Shown here in pieces: positions 26,378 to 41,636 of a stretch of DNA of 64,000 nucleotides. The DNA is from Octopus vulgaris (lineage: Eukaryota). Within the stretch, counting starts at the first letter, position 1. Every line of letters begins with the position of its first letter. The DNA is taken from NCBI GenBank assembly GCA_951406725.2, contig OX597816.1, positions 97,154,001 through 97,218,000 on the forward strand, written 5' to 3'. The translations under genes and the position numbers were made by a program. The notes under the pieces were generated by a model, which ran no database searches, was not told where the DNA came from, and was given only the letters and a program-made list of their open reading frames with translations.

Positions 26378-26910
26378 TTAGGTTGGCAACTAAGTTCCCG
26401 CCGTTTTTTAAAAATTAAAATTTTTAAAAGGTTTAATAAAAAATAACAACTAATTAATCAATAGTGTATTCACCTTTGTTGTTCACAATGTCTTCCCAAC
26501 GTTCAACAAGATTTTCAATATGCTGTTGGTAGAAATCACCCGATTTTGGCTCGAAAAATTGATCCAACCAAGCTCTCGATTCTGCATCAGAATAGAACGA
26601 AACTCAGGAGGTTGAAAGAGGTGGAAATCCGTTGGTGCCAAGTCAGAAGAGTATGACGGATGTGGCAGCACTTTCCAGCCATGCGTTTGAATGGCTTCCT
26701 TGGTCATACTCCCTATATGACGGTGGGCGTTGTCGTGCAGCAAAAGAATTCCATGCTGCCGATTAGGTCTTTTCTCTTGAATAGCCGTGTTGAGACGTTC
26801 CATCTGTTGAACATAGAGTTACGCGTTGACCGTTTGGTTCCGTTCAAGCAATTCGTAATGTATAATTCCTTCCTTGTCCCACCATACGCACAACATCGTT
26901 TTGTGCATAG
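26378..26910 (-). mobile_element. Mariner (DD34D) transposon 3' fragment with one TIR
   Basis: TA followed by TTAGGTTGGCAACTAAGTTCC (mariner-type TIR). Minus translation KTMLCVWWDKEGIIHYELL..., LLLHDNAHRH, LPHPSYSSDLAPTDFHLF. Confidence 0.9.
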
Positions 26911-27555
26911 AGCTGGTGTTAGTGTGTACTTGAGTTGGTACTACAACAACAACAAAAACAGCAACTACTACCACTACTAGAAATGGTGGTGGTAGTAGTA
27001 TTAGTAGCAGTATTTGTCGTCGTCGTCGTAGTAGCTATAGTAGTAGTGGTGGTGGTGGTGGCTGTCATGATAGTATTTTTGCGTTTTGGGGTGGATATTA
27101 GTTGTAGTGGGGATGGTGATGGTGATGATTGTATTTCTTGTAGTGGTGGCCATGTCATTACGTAATACCAGCAGTGGTGGTGAGGGTATTCGTTGTATTC
27201 TTAGTGTCGATGTTAGTGGCATTAGTTGTGTTATATTAATGGAGGTAACGGTTTTTCTTCATGTTGATTTTTTAAGAATATTGGTATCGACGTTAGCAGT
27301 CAACTAGTTCTGTTTATAGGTTTTATTGTTGATATTTAACTACACGCCAAACTTGAACGTACAGATCTATGATGGATAGCATTCCAGATTTTACGATTTC
27401 ATATCTGTTCTTGGCTTTCAGTTTCCGAATGTCATTGGTGGACGTATTATTCTGGTTGCAAGGTTTTATGTGTGATGAGGCTTTCTCCAGCGTCTTGCGC
27501 TATCCACACTTACCGGAGGATTATTAAGAATCTATAATGTTCTACATATATATAA

Positions 27556-28068
27556 CTAGCAGTATCGCCCGGCGTTGCTCGGGTTTGTAAGGGAAATAAC
27601 TATATAAGCATTTTTAGAGAGTTACTTCCCTTATAGATGCCAATTTGGGCTTTCTTAGCCATTTCTGTTTTGGTGTCTTCAAGCCATGAAGTCGTTGTTA
27701 TAAAAGAACGCTGGTCTCCTTGACAACTCTTTACGACGTTGATTTCCTTACACTCCCTTCCCCACAGCTTCACGAGGGAGGGAAGAAGGAGGAGAAGCAA
27801 ACAGGTGCAGGTGTGATCATGGACGCCAACTCCGCCGCCATCGACACACGAAAAATTATGCATTAAAATGGAATAAAAAATGATGTTAAATTATTTTTAA
27901 AATCGTAAACTCATCGTAGACGCGCGCTAATACTCAGATGGGCTCGATATGAATCACGACTATAAGATACCCGAATTTGGTTAAACTGCACCGCAAAATG
28001 TGGGAGTAGTTAGGAATCTAAATCGAAGGGGACAGACACTCACACAACTACAGTTTTATATATATAGA
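27556..28068 (-). mobile_element. Non-autonomous Helitron
   Basis: Minus strand A|TCTATATATATAAAA...CCCGAGCAACGCCGGG hairpin...CTAG|T: 5' TC, subterminal hairpin (27568-27583), 3' CTAG, inserted between A and T. Confidence 0.85.
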
Positions 28069-28106
28069 TTATTATTTGAGGGAATAAAATCAAACTACAA
28101 ACTTAC

Positions 28107-28260
<154 letters not shown>

Positions 28261-29289
28261 TTTAAAACTGACTTTATGCTGTGGCTACCATCTTATATCT
28301 GATGGGAACATTATTTACGTTTCAGAAATATTTTTGCTCGTTTCCAGAAGCGGCTATTCTGTTTACTACGTATAGGTCTACATACAATAAAACCATTCTG
28401 TTTAAGATGGTAGTGTATGATCTGAGCGATATATAGCAGCAGTTTCTTGCGGGTCGGTTGACCTGGTAAACTGGTCTTATTTTTACGTTAATATTATTTA
28501 TATTGTATAACTGTACCAGAATTAATTCTCGAGTATTTATGTGCTTGCTATTGCTAAGTCTCAGGTTATCCCTTAATGAAGCCTTCAGTACGTAATACCA
28601 TCAAACCGTGATCATAGTGTCCTTCTGATGAGTAATGCATATCTAGGTCTGTTTTATCTAAGGCGATCTTTGAAAGGGCATCTGGGTGTGATTTGAGTGA
28701 TGTGTGGGTTTGGATTCTCGCATGTCGGGAACTATTTTGTCGCTTCTTTCGTTAGCCTTAAAATTCTTTTCAAGTCAAACGTAAGTTCTATATATCTATA
28801 AGTTAATTAAACAATCTGTTGTTGTGCAATGTTCACGCCGACCACCGTATCAACTCGTTTTATGTTGAATGTAATTTCTTTTAAATTCTGAAGATAAAAA
28901 GTATTTGATACACTTCGGAATGTTGATAGTCTGTGTCAGCAAAGATTAGCGTATAAGCGAGTTCATAAGCGGTTTGATAAAATTAATTGATGCGAACAGG
29001 GACGAGTGAAACGTTTCTATCCCTTACTTTTCGTTTGAGGGCAAGGCGACCAAAGGCATCACCAATATCTTTCTTAATCAACTTTGGGGTGAAAGTAACG
29101 ATCTAAGATTAGTATTGCTCCTTCTTCATAGAAACTGAACTTAGCGAACTCTTCAAGAAAATATTGGATTTTACAAACGATCCTTTTGTTCTCTATACTT
29201 CGTGCGCGATTGATGTTCAGAATCAACTCAACGAGAACATTCAAAAGTTTTCGTTGGATGTCGATGAAGAAGTGGAAAGGACAATAATA

Positions 29290-29921
29290 TTGGTGATGGT
29301 GGTGGTGATAATGGTGGCGATTGTAATAGTAGATTGGATAGTGAGGATGCCAGTATTAGTAGTAAGAGTGGTGGTCATCAGGGTTATGGTGGTGGATGTG
29401 TCATTCGAGTTAATGATGATACTTGTTATACTAGTGTGAGGAGTAGGGTTTATGTTAGTGATAGCAGTAATGTTGGTAGTAGAATATGTAATAGTGCTGG
29501 TCATAAAACTCGCAATTGTAACAGAGATTTTGGGTGTTTTGATTGTGACAGTGATAGCAATAACGATGGGTGAATTATGAATTACGTCGACGATAGTTGT
29601 GGTGGTGAATGTGGTAGTTTCGGTCATCATTGTCGAGGTTGTGGTTGTGGTTGTTAGTGGAGCTTTCATGATAACAGTAAAGGTGAAACTATTAGTGGCT
29701 ATGTTAAACAAATGTTGGTTGGGATTAGTTTCATGCTAGTGATAGTACGAATAGTATTGGCGATGGTGTGATAGTGGTTGGTGGGATGTCATTGTTTTGT
29801 GTGGTCGTAGCAGAAGGGTAGTCGGTGTATTGGTGTTGGAAATGGAAGTCAGTGCGATAGTGAGTTGGCAAAGAAATTAGTGCAGTTGATATACTGGTAT
29901 TATTATTATTATTATTATTAC

Positions 29922-29965
<44 letters not shown>

Positions 29966-31000
29966 GTAGTAGTAGTAGTAGTAGTAGTTGTAGTAATATT
30001 AGTAGTAGTAGTAGTAGTAGTAGTAATAGTAGTAGTAGTAGTAGTAGCAGTAGTAGTGGTGGTGGTGGTGGTGGTGGCGATGGTAGTACTACTAGTGGTG
30101 GTGGTCGTCGTGTTGATGGTTTTAGTAGTAGTGGTGGTGGTAATGGTGTTAGCTTACGGGGAGGGGGTTAGATCACTGATTGTAATGACTGAGGTGAGGA
30201 TTGGTGGTAGGGGTAATTAGTGGCATGAATTTGTGTGGTTGGTTGTGATGGCCTTATTGCTTAGTCGATAGTTGTCATCAGAGGTGTGTTTGTGTTTTGC
30301 AGTGACAGTGGTCATGTTGGTTGCAATGGTTGGAGCAGTTAGTTTGATAGGGGGTGGTCATGGCGATACAGTGCTAGTTGTAGTGTAGCTTGTGATGTGT
30401 GTTTGTGGAGGTGGTAATAATGATAAAGATGATGATGGGGATGATGATGATGATGGTGGTGGTAGTGGTTGTCTGGAGAGTAGTGTTGGGTGTCGTGGTT
30501 TGTGGTGGTTGTGGTGATTGTTGTGCTGGTGATAGCTAGTATGGCACTGACGGTGGTAGTGGTTAATGTGCTAGTGGTATTCTTAGTATTCTTGGTGATT
30601 GATGATGGTTATCGTTGTGGCATAGTGTTGTCGTAGCTGTAATACCTAACGTCGATCGCGAAGACGATGGTGATTGTGAGCCGTACGGCGCTAGTTAACA
30701 TGTTTGAAGCGACTGTGGCGGTTTATATGTTAGAGATGGTCGTCGTAGCACGGTTTGTCTCTTCTGCTGTCGATGGCGCTTGCAGCAGTAATGGCGATCG
30801 TTAACATGATGTGAGCGATACTGAGTTGGTTGTCGTAATCATGGTGAGTGCGGTGGTGTTTGATGTAGTAATGGTGATAGTAGCGGTGAAAGTGTAGTAG
30901 CTGGGGTTGTACAGCAGGTTCGTGAGATAGTTGTAATGGTGGTGGTGGTGCTTGATGTGACTGGGTCTATCATTACTACGACGTTTGATACATTATTGTA
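29290..31000. repeat. Long degenerate G/T-rich trinucleotide low-complexity tract with a (TTA)n/(TAG)n/(TGG)n core
   Basis: Pure runs at 29898-30080; flanks are decayed GGT/GAT/AGT triplets. Confidence 0.85.
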
Positions 31001-31671
31001 ATGAATACGATAAAAATATTGAGGAAACCAACGCATTCTAAATGTCTTCTAGCAATTATGTTTAATGGAAAAATAGTTTTGACAGTATAGCCTCAGATAG
31101 ATGATAATTTGGTTGTGTGTGTGTGTCTGTGTGTGCCTGTGTGTGCATGTGTATGTATATTTGTATCCACACACACACAGACACACACAAACACACACAC
31201 ACGCACACACACATATATATATATATACATAGGTATATATGTGTATATCATATACCAACTATATGTGCATGTGCGTGGATGTTAGTTTCGGGTGTCATTG
31301 TGGTTGTAAAAGTGTGAGTTTGTATATGTTTGTATGTGTGTGTTCGTGCGAATGCGCGTGTATAGATGTATGTTTGTGTATGTATGTTTGTATAGTTACT
31401 ACTGTTCTTCGCGTGAGTGTTTATGTATGTGTGTGTCTTTATTAATGATTGATGATGTATTGAAACGAAATTTACATTAAAATTTAAATGATTATATCGA
31501 ACACTATAAGGTATCGCACGCAGACACAAACACACACGCGCGCGCGCGCGCACACACACACACACACACAAACAAACAAACAAACACACACATACACACG
31601 CGCGCATACACACTTGCGCTCATATATGCACACCTGGCCGATTTCTTACCACTTACCTTCCTACTGAGCTA

Positions 31672-31672
31672 C

Positions 31673-31756
<84 letters not shown>
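31672..31756. repeat. (CTAT)n microsatellite
   Basis: Read directly from the sequence. Confidence 0.95.
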
Positions 31757-33349
31757 GGTTATTAATAAATACGTTCGTTGATTCATACATACACACTCAT
31801 ATAGATTCATATATAAACATGCATAAATGTATGTACTCATAGAAATCCACATTCAAAATCACATGTGTAATTACGTAAGTATACCTGTATATTTGTAGGT
31901 AAGTAAATACAAAATACATACGCTGACAGTCACACGCGCGCAAACATGTGCTATCTCACGTTGCTTGTGTGTGTTACATAGATGTACTTACAATCAAATA
32001 TAATATGTTGCATGGTCACATTGTCTCTGACTAAACTTTCAAACTTCTTTAGTAAAAATGGTGATTGAGGAGAATGTTCTCCCTAAGGTAGCATGGCGGA
32101 AATGAAGAAGACAACTGCTATCATATACTACGTAGTTATGCATATGTGTGTACGTGTTCATATTTCATTTAAGTGAGGCATGGAAGAAATAAATGATCTT
32201 TTTCTTTCCGGCAGGTGTACTCTTTTTTTGAGTATTGATCCCTTTGATTATCGTTTTATTCTAGTGGACCTCCATAGCCATTCTATGTTTAAAACTTGTT
32301 TTTATAGATATTTCTTACAAAATTCCTATTTTGTTTTACACCCATTCAGTTGTGTAGGTTTGCAATAGGACACTCTGAGAGAATATGTTTCAGTAGCTGG
32401 AAATGTGTCGAACTGTGTAAGACACTAAAGAAAGGAGCTTAGCTGTGTCTTGAAATAAATACATCTAATGCAACTGTTTTTTATGGACTCATAAAATACT
32501 ACTGTAGATCTCCAATGTGATATTTTGCTTGGTTGGACCACCAAAACTCTTATATGAACCCCTAGAGGACATATGCAGCCCGTCTGAGGACCTCTACTTT
32601 ACAGTTTCGAACTTCACGTAGAGAGCTGACGTAGGTGGCAGAAAACTTTGATACTATGTTTTATTTCTTAAACCATACAACAGTTATTCTTCTGCAATGT
32701 CTGGAAACCACTTCAGCTTTTTTTTTTGCACTTTGCTGCATTCTTATACGAGTTCCCTGATATTGATGTTACTTTAAAATTGTATACCCAAATATATATA
32801 TAACCAACTGCACGCATATACTCACGCTTGTGTGCACACATGCCGATACATATATATACACACATCTATAGAAAGGAATGAGAGTACATCGCGTGGGTGT
32901 CAATATGAGATTAGATAGGCACATCGGGCAGGCTCGAAAAAAAGAGATGCGTAACAAGGTTTTGTAGCATTAGACAATGTCCAACCCCAGCTAGCGTTTG
33001 AGTGGACATACGTTGAAGTGCATTGGCGAGTGACGCCATGCATATGTTTTTTTTTTTTTGGGTGGGGATGCAGTCTAAATCATTCTTATGTTTAACAGTA
33101 AAATTGTTGCAGATGTGAGAGCTGATTATTCTGAGGGAAGTCATTTTAAGCGGAGTTATTTTGAGCGAAACATTACAAGTGAACGGCACTTTCAGCGCAG
33201 GTTAATTTCAATCGAAATACATACTATCGTATAAATTGCGATTGATATTGGCGATCTACGTCATCGATTGATGGGTATTGACTTAAATGTCCTCGATGTT
33301 TTTCAAATCTGTTATTCAAAGTGATTAGAAGCATTCGTAGCTAACTTGT

Positions 33350-34390
33350 GGACATTATTGTTTCGAATCGTAGTAAAAAAGCCTATAATGGTTTCATGTG
33401 AGTTAAGAATAAAGCTTCTCAAACCACAATTACATGGCGTTGTGAAGTGAAAGGTTGCAAAGGACAGTCAAGTACCTTATGTGAATACGAAAAGATAGAA
33501 ATTGCACTGACAAAGTACATTCGCATGCTCCCGAACCTGTTGAAGTCGGTAAGAAAAAAGTTAAAGAAAAAGTCTGCAAAACTGCTGTGACAACACATGA
33601 TCTACCGAGACGCATACTCCAAGATGCCATTGCTGGTCTACCAAACGGACTTGCATCAAAGATTGGATCAGGAGCAAAATTAAGACGTATCGTATCTAGG
33701 AGGCGAAGAGCTATGGGGAACTACCTTCTACCCACACAAACAACTGCATCCATCCTCATTCCGGAATCCCTGCGGTCTGCTCTCATGGGCGACAATTTTA
33801 TTCTCCATGACAGTAGTATAAGTGATAAGAAAAGGATAAAAATTTTTGGCACTAATGAAAGTCTTACCTGACTGAGAGAGAACCGTCAATGGTTAGCTGA
33901 CGGAAATGTCAAGACGGATACAAGCATTTTCCTGAAATTTTTACAGTGCATGCATTGATAAAGGTAAGTGTAATACCTTTATTTACGAATAAACGAGAAG
34001 AAAGTTACACAGCAATGTTCACCAAGCTGAAGGAACAAGAGACTTCGAAATTGCTTCAAGACAACCGTAGAAGAAAACCTAAATTTCCAATATCATTGTG
34101 CAACGCTTTTAGCAAGCTTCACATAAATCACCCGCGAACAAATAATGCTGCAGAAGAGTGGCACACTGCTTTCCAAGGCAGTGTATTTTGTAGTCACCCG
34201 ACAGTTTGACTCTTAATAGAGGCATTATAAAGGGAAGTGAGACTACAAAGGACGAAATATTTTGAAATTTGTTCAGGAGAACATGCACAAAAGAAAGGAA
34301 ATACGTGAATTTAGAAGAATTAAGAGCATTGTTGAATCATGAGAAGACTTAGAAGTTACAGATTATCGTCTTGTCTACAACATTACTTTT
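33350..34390 (+). mobile_element. Decayed Mutator-like (MULE) transposase with FLYWCH-like N-terminus
   Basis: ITWRCEVKGCKG..HSHAP; FILHDS..KKRIKIFGTNESL.*LRENRQWLADG; PRTNNAAEEWHTAFQ...SHPTV*LLIEAL. Stops and frameshifts present. Confidence 0.8.
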
Positions 34391-37194
34391 TGCATTTTCA
34401 TTATTTCTAGAATTAATGTTTTCGATTTTAAACTTTGTGTCGATTTTTAATAATTTTGTATTTACTCATTGTGGAGTTGTTATTATTTGTACAAAAAGAA
34501 TGTAAATTTCTAGTATATTTTTATCAACTTCGCTCAAAGCATCTCCAAGAAACAATTGGAGGTTCACTCAAAGTGACATCGCTCGAAATGCAGAAGTAAT
34601 CTTATGACCATTAAAATGAAATTTACTCTCTCGTCTGCTGTATGTGTGTCATAGTACAGACAAATCATATAACCAAGAAGTAAAACATTTATCACAAAGT
34701 CTTAGGTCTTAAGGTTTCATAAATATTATAAATAAACTTTATGTACGTTGTGCAATTATCTTCAAGGCACAAAACGCTGATATATATGAAGACAAGTAGG
34801 GAAAATGGGTGTGCCGGTGTCTCTTCCGCAGCACTCAGATGGTTAAACTTTGCTATTGGAAACAATAAAGTACACTAAAAAGCTTATGACAATATTGTTT
34901 GGTTACAAAAGGGCGTTTGGCCCTCTTTCTTCTTCATGTTTCATGAATTCGCTTTCATTTAATAAATGTATCTGTTACCTTAATTATAATAGTTATAATG
35001 AAAGGCTTACAAGGAAACAACATTTTAATAAAGATTTTTTGGTTGATATAGGATGGAATTTCGCATGAGGAAATGTCCATACTTCAAAACAAGAATAGGA
35101 AAAACATTTTTCAAACGAAAACAATCACCTTAATGGTCTTTTTATTTCCCTTTGTTCCTTGCAACGAGTGCTATAAATGCGTATGTATCGACGGAAATTT
35201 ATCATATGAAGGTGCCCTGAGCAAAGATAGAGCGATTAAAGAGACTGTACAATACTTTGAAAACCAAAGCAGGGAAATCTTTTCTCTTACAAGAAAGCAA
35301 TATCTTTACAATATATATATTTACAACACATGTTTTACCATCTGAAATTACAGGGCTATAGTCAATAACTTGATCCTGAGATCAAATACATGCTACCACA
35401 CAAAAGATGATTTAGTATACTGGATTATAAAAAGAAGAAAAAAAAACTAGAAAAGAAAACCAACTAAGATGCTTAAGATCAGTTCAGAAAGATTTCGAAT
35501 GTCGTCTAGTATTCCTATAAACAGAACTGTTAAAAATAGGAGCAAAATTATTTTAACTAAATACTTAAAAGTCGAAGATGTAATACCTTATATATCAGGT
35601 ACTGGATTATAAAGAAACATTCGTTTCGTGATGATGATCCATACGACACCAAACTGATAGGTGAACACATGCAGCAAATAACCGGAAAGGAAATAGTCAG
35701 CGTCCTAACTAGTTTGCATGTGAATGACTCCAGGAAACTTGAGAATGTTGCGTATATCGACAACAAGTGTAACTTTTATTAGACGTGTGATGATAATATT
35801 ATGTTACACTTATAAATTAACGCATTACAATTCAGGAACAATGTACAGCTCAAAATTAGTTCTTAAAAAGAACTGAAAAGAAACAACCGAAATGGTAATG
35901 ATATCACATAACCGTAGAAGACATTCAGAAATGTAATGAGAAACTGTCAGAGATTGTCATAAAAAAATTACTTTTATTATGATGTATGACGTTGCCAAAA
36001 CCATTTGCAGAAAGAATTGCTCAAGGAAACTTTTTTTAATGCTTTTGATGATGAATATAATCACTCCGTTCAAACATAAGAATTTCGCGACAAATGTAAA
36101 GTCATCAGATCTAATATAACGATTTTAGTCTGAAAAAAAAGTTTACTACTGAGGGGATCAGCTAGATATCACATGTGAACATTGCATTCGAAATCAATGA
36201 GAAGCAGAACATGTAGGCTAAATGTGGACTGAAGGTAGAAATATTCTACTGAGATTCTAAGTATACATGTACATTTATGTCCTCTGTTCTATAATAATCT
36301 ATGTCCGTATCTGTAATCATTTGCACCTTTTGTCATTTGTACCCATTATCATGCATAATATTAATAAGTGATTGTCATCAAATTATACCAGGCCTTCTAA
36401 ATCTGGAGTTTTCAAGTAAAATAACGCGGCCATCTATCAATTGTCCTAAACGTTCGAGTTGTAGACATAACAATGCAGCTAAGCAAAAATTGCCTTAAAT
36501 TCTAGATGTAACTATACTTTAAGTGTAAACTAAACCTCGAAGAGAGAGCATTGCCGAAATAAGGCATTCTGTAAGAACAAATTAAAGAATTAGAGTAGAA
36601 GAAACACACACGCACACGCACACACACGTATATATGTTTGGATATGCGTGTGCGTATAAGCATGTTTTTCACAATCACACATACATATGCATACATTCAT
36701 ATATACATACAAAATACATGCATGCATATATACATATAACATACAGCGATCATATATACATACATAGAAAGTCACTCAATATAAATAGGTACATTTTTGG
36801 AGCGAAAACTATTACTGAAGCCGTGAGGACTACAAACGCCATCATTAATTCGCAACTATCAGAGCAGATAAATAAATTATTCTTCTGACCACATTCAATC
36901 CAATAAAAAATCAAACAATTATTCGAGGTTGCATTGATTTTCTTGTCAAACTTTGGTTCACCAAGCAAAGATTTGTAAGAAACATTCCTTCTACTTATAG
37001 AGTTAAGTATAACGTATATTTTTCGAGGAGTCAGGAATTTATATGAATATGTCTAATGTACTCTTCTATAGAATGTTTTAAAAATGAACCACTGTTGTGA
37101 GTATGAACAGAACAATAATATACTAGGAAGAACTACACACAGAGTAAAATTTATTTCATAACAAAACAATTATTTTAATACTTGAACCAGAAAT

Positions 37195-37380
37195 ATGGCA
37201 GCAGATTTCTTACCGCAGCGGGCAAAATGCATAGCAGCATTTCTTCCTTTTTTACGTTCTGAGTTCAAATTCCTGCAAGATTGACTTTGCCATTTGTCTT
37301 TTTCGGATCGATGTCGATGTAATCGACTTACATACTCCTTCGAAATTACTGGCCCTGCGCTAAAATTTGAAACCAATATT
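37195..37380 (+). mobile_element. Degenerate SINE, family B
   Basis: gggcaaaatgc...tttacgttctgagttcaaattcc...gactttgcc matches the reverse complement of 52795-52953. Confidence 0.65.
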
Positions 37381-37679
37381 TCAACATGTAATATTATCTG
37401 AACGCAAATGAAAGATTGTAATTTACACGTAGATATGATGATTAAAATGGCATTCTTAAAACTGTAAATAACGCGCAATTAATAATATGTGGACAGGGCG
37501 TACTCCTAGAACATAGTGTCTATAACAAAGTTGACGCCACGTATCACGACAGATCATACTCTTACAGCTACTATGATAGATTGCATTAACGGTAGCCTCT
37601 GCACCAAGATGCTACGGACCATTAATAACTGATGTATGCGTTAGAAAATCATTCTTTTGAAATACCTTGCTACATTATT

Positions 37680-37848
37680 ACTAGCGTAGTTAGGAGTGGG
37701 GGCGTAGTAGGAGCAGTCAACCTCGGGCGGCACTTTTAAAGAGGCCCCTCTTTTAGGTCTGCTGTAGGCAATATATGTTTTTTGTGGGGTCCGGGGGAGA
37801 CAAGTGGAGGGTCCGTCCCGGGCGGCACACTTTCTAGCTACTTACGTG
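37680..37848. mobile_element. Possible decayed hAT-type MITE
   Basis: GC-rich island with imperfect inverted ends (gcgtagttagg ... ctagctac) and internal direct repeat cgggcggcac. Confidence 0.35.
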
Positions 37849-38789
37849 ACAGACTATCTTTAGTATTATTAGTAGAAAACTCAATGGAGTGAAGTTTGCA
37901 GTGATTATCAACATTGACTGTGTATGTAAATATTTGCAACTGAGTACTGAACCTAAATTTATCACTAAATTGTAGATTGGGAACACTAAATAAATGAAAA
38001 ACTGTAAAAAAATAAAACTATAACAGTCAACCCATTGATAGAGCTATCGCCAGAAAGACTTGTATTTGCTCTCTTTTTATAATTAGATACGAAAATCAAT
38101 CTAGGCCATGCTCCATCCTCATGTAAATGATTTAACTTCGGCCGTACAAAATGTATCGTAATTATAAAGCACTTTCTGTAATTAGAAAAACAAAACTCTA
38201 CCTACACTATGTAGAACAACCCCAAAGGTATTTCAGTTGTGATTTTCCTGTGTTTTCTCAGGAATACCATATCCAAGAATGTACTTTATTTTTGTAATCC
38301 AATTGGAACTTACATTCTTTTAGGAGAGGTAGATCTTACTCATAGGTTGTTTATGTCTACGAGCAGTTTTCCACTGTAGTTCATCAAACTCACTTTGTTT
38401 TTTCTGTTTAGGCCTTTTCATCTTGATTCAAGGTTTTTTTTTCTAGTTGTGACCAACGCTCTATCAAATGCATCTATTATTTTTCCTAAAATAATTGGGT
38501 GTGAGTAATATTTTCTCCTCCTTGAAGTAAATCAAGCTCCGTATTTCCACTTTCAATGAGTGCACTGCGTGTTGAAAGTTTAAATCGTTTGATAATACTG
38601 TTATAAGAATATCACTTGCACGTGTACAGGTATTTACAACTTTGGTGAATGCTTTTATACGAAGAACGGATTTGTTTTGAAACTCTGTTACCGTTTCATA
38701 AACCTCGTAGTATGTTTCCGCTGAAACGTGTCTCACGGGTTCGCCATAGATATATGCAATTTAAATATCACTACAGTGAATGAATAATG

Positions 38790-39030
38790 GTTTCTAATAC
38801 AGACACAAAGCCAGCAATTTTGAAGGAAGGCGATTAGTCGATAATATCGATCCTAGTATTTGTTTGGTATTTTATTTTATTGCTGCCAGTACTTGGATAG
38901 TACTTTATTTTATCAACCACTGAAAGTTGAAAAAAATTAGTTTATCGTCGCAGAAATTTATATTAAAATATAAAGATCCGGAACAAATACCTCCAGGCAT
39001 TGTATCTGACACTCTCACGGTTTTGGCAGC
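38790..39030 (-). mobile_element. Degenerate SINE, family B
   Basis: Similar to 52795-52953 and to the reverse complement of 37195-37380. Confidence 0.5.
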
Positions 39031-41461
39031 TAATCACATTTTCAATGAATTAATAATGGGTTTTCACTAAAGCACAACGCTAAAATTTTCTTCCCCAGAA
39101 GAGGAGAAAAGTTATATGAAGTCAGTATATGAAGCAGTGTTCTTATCATTACCTTATATATGCGATTATCGTGGTCGAACGGAGTACGATCAAAATAATT
39201 GCAGCCATAACTATCTTGTCTTTTCACAGATATTGTTAATTCAGAAATATATTCAATATATCATATCATTTTCAAAACACTAAAAAGAGTAGGTTTTTAT
39301 GTCTACCATTGTAGCCATGTCATTGGCTCGATGATTTGCTTACATTGTGCTTGTCCAATTCAGCCCTGATTAAGCAGATCTCGATCAAAATTTATTACAG
39401 ATACTACGAATCAAAGACAAAATTATTCAAAATAACTTATTTGTAAGAAGGCAGTGTATGATACGAGGTAGAATTTGGGTGCTATTTCTTGCAGATCATT
39501 GTCTCGGTATAGATATTCTTTGCCTTCAGACTCATGGCATGAAAGCACATCGACATTTCCAAGGTAATTATTGTAAGATACTGCACAAGACGGGATGCCA
39601 GTCCGGCACACAGTTACCTACCATTTACCACTGGGACTTGTCAAATAAGTGTACTGGAGTAACATGAAATAAAGCGCCTTGCTGAAGCACAAAATGATGT
39701 GACCGTTTTAAGTATCAAACCAAAGACCTAACAGTCGTGAGACTTAACAACTAGACCTTGAACATGATAAGATATATGAATGACGTATGTCGTAAACACA
39801 TATGTCATACGTATTTAAAATATCAATTGGATATATATTTTAATCTCACCCAAACATCCATGCTAACTTGAGTATCTCAAAAGCATTCCATCTATGACCA
39901 CCCACTCAAGCTTAGTATATGCAGGATTACATTATTCGAGAAGTCACTCCCTTTTTTTATTTATTTTGTAGACTAGTGAGGTGTGAGTTTTCATGCAAAC
40001 TTATGATCAAAATAGTTCCATTCATGATCTTCCTGCCTTTTGCCCAGGTGAAATGTATTCTGGACTACGCATTTTAATGTGCACGATATGTAAGAAGTTT
40101 TAGCTGCTGTTTCTAGCTGTTTGAAATAGGCTTTATATAAAGCGAGCAAATTTAATATAACCTCCATTAAACAAACAAATAAATAGAGAAATAGATAAGT
40201 AAATAAATCCACCAATAAACCACACACATAAACTTGCGCTATATTTTATAAAAGTTTCATATATAACATTTTAATAGCAGTTCGAAGCAGCCGAGTTATT
40301 TCCAAGTGAAGTTATCCAAATGGAACCAACCTATCCATTATGAAAATTAGAAAATGTTCAGTTGCTTTATACCAAAGTCTTTGGGTTATGTCGCCATTCC
40401 CAGGGCGGCTCAGGAGTCTTTTGCCATTTTACGATATATTTTTAAAATGAAATGCATAATATGAAAATTGGAAAAGTAAAGTTCTATAAGAAGTTGTAGG
40501 ATAATTGGTGTTTAAATTTACATCAGATTACTGAAATAATATTGGTTTCAAGATCACCTCTCACATTCGATCTATCTCTCTCTCTCTCTCACATACACAT
40601 ACACACATACATACAGACGCACACACATATGTACGTATGTATGTATATGCTCTACAAGCACACGCTTGCATATGTATGTATGTGTTTGCCTGTTTATGTC
40701 TTTATGTGTGTATGCATGTATACCAGAAAATACGTTCTTTTCTTTTACATTCGAGTAGAAGTATAAATGCACCTGGAGGCTTTACCTAACTGCCTTCAAA
40801 GTTTCATGATTTTCAAATGTAGTGCGACATAAAAGGACTGGAGCTATGTCATATTTGTTTCGACTTTGACTAGTGTTTGAAATTTTGCTTTTGATGGTTG
40901 TTACGGCTGAAATTGTTATAAGTTGCGGTGCAAATCTGTTAGTCGAAGCTGTTCGCAAGATCAGGGTGTCATGTGCCAGTATGTATAATAGTTGTGCCAA
41001 AAGTTAAGGACATAGTTGGCCAGTAAATGTGTCATGTGACAATGTGGACAACAATTGCGCATTATAGCCAATTATTAAGTCATGTGTAAGAACAACCATT
41101 GCGTCAGATGCCAAGCTAGTGTTAATCAAATTAATATGCATTCTGACAGCATGAACATAATGTTGACAGAATATCTACAAATACAGAAAAAAAAAACTTA
41201 CTTATTTGTACACCTGTTCGTCTACGTGGTTCTGTCTGAAAATGAGAATTACAAAACTGTGATATTCCTGTTCAATGTGTTGTTGTAGCTTATTCAGTTG
41301 TGGCCTGTACGTTTTAATAAACATATATGTAGCTATCTGTATTTGATCTATAGCTTTCTCAGAAGACTATGAATTTTTTGGTAATTTGATTGCAGCACGT
41401 AAGTTTAAAATTTCATTTTGCGGAGACTGTCTGGCATTAAGATTTCATATTTGCTGCCTAA

Positions 41462-41553
41462 GAATATCAATTCTGTTTCTCAAGTAGACGAACCAACACC
41501 GGTTGTCAAGTGATGGAAGACAAACAAGAACACTAAATGGTGCACGCGTGCGA

Positions 41554-41636
<83 letters not shown>

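Noticed and set aside
29164-29711. Thr/Ile-rich and Val-rich mucin-like ORFs (also 25793-26077 and 26919-27307)
   Set aside because: Translations of decayed trinucleotide repeats, with no splice or domain support.
35540-35790. Open frames on both strands in unique-looking sequence
   Set aside because: Short, with no recognisable motif or convincing splice sites.
38700-38745. GAAACGTGTC half-hammerhead
   Set aside because: No upstream CUGANGA or stem I partner found.
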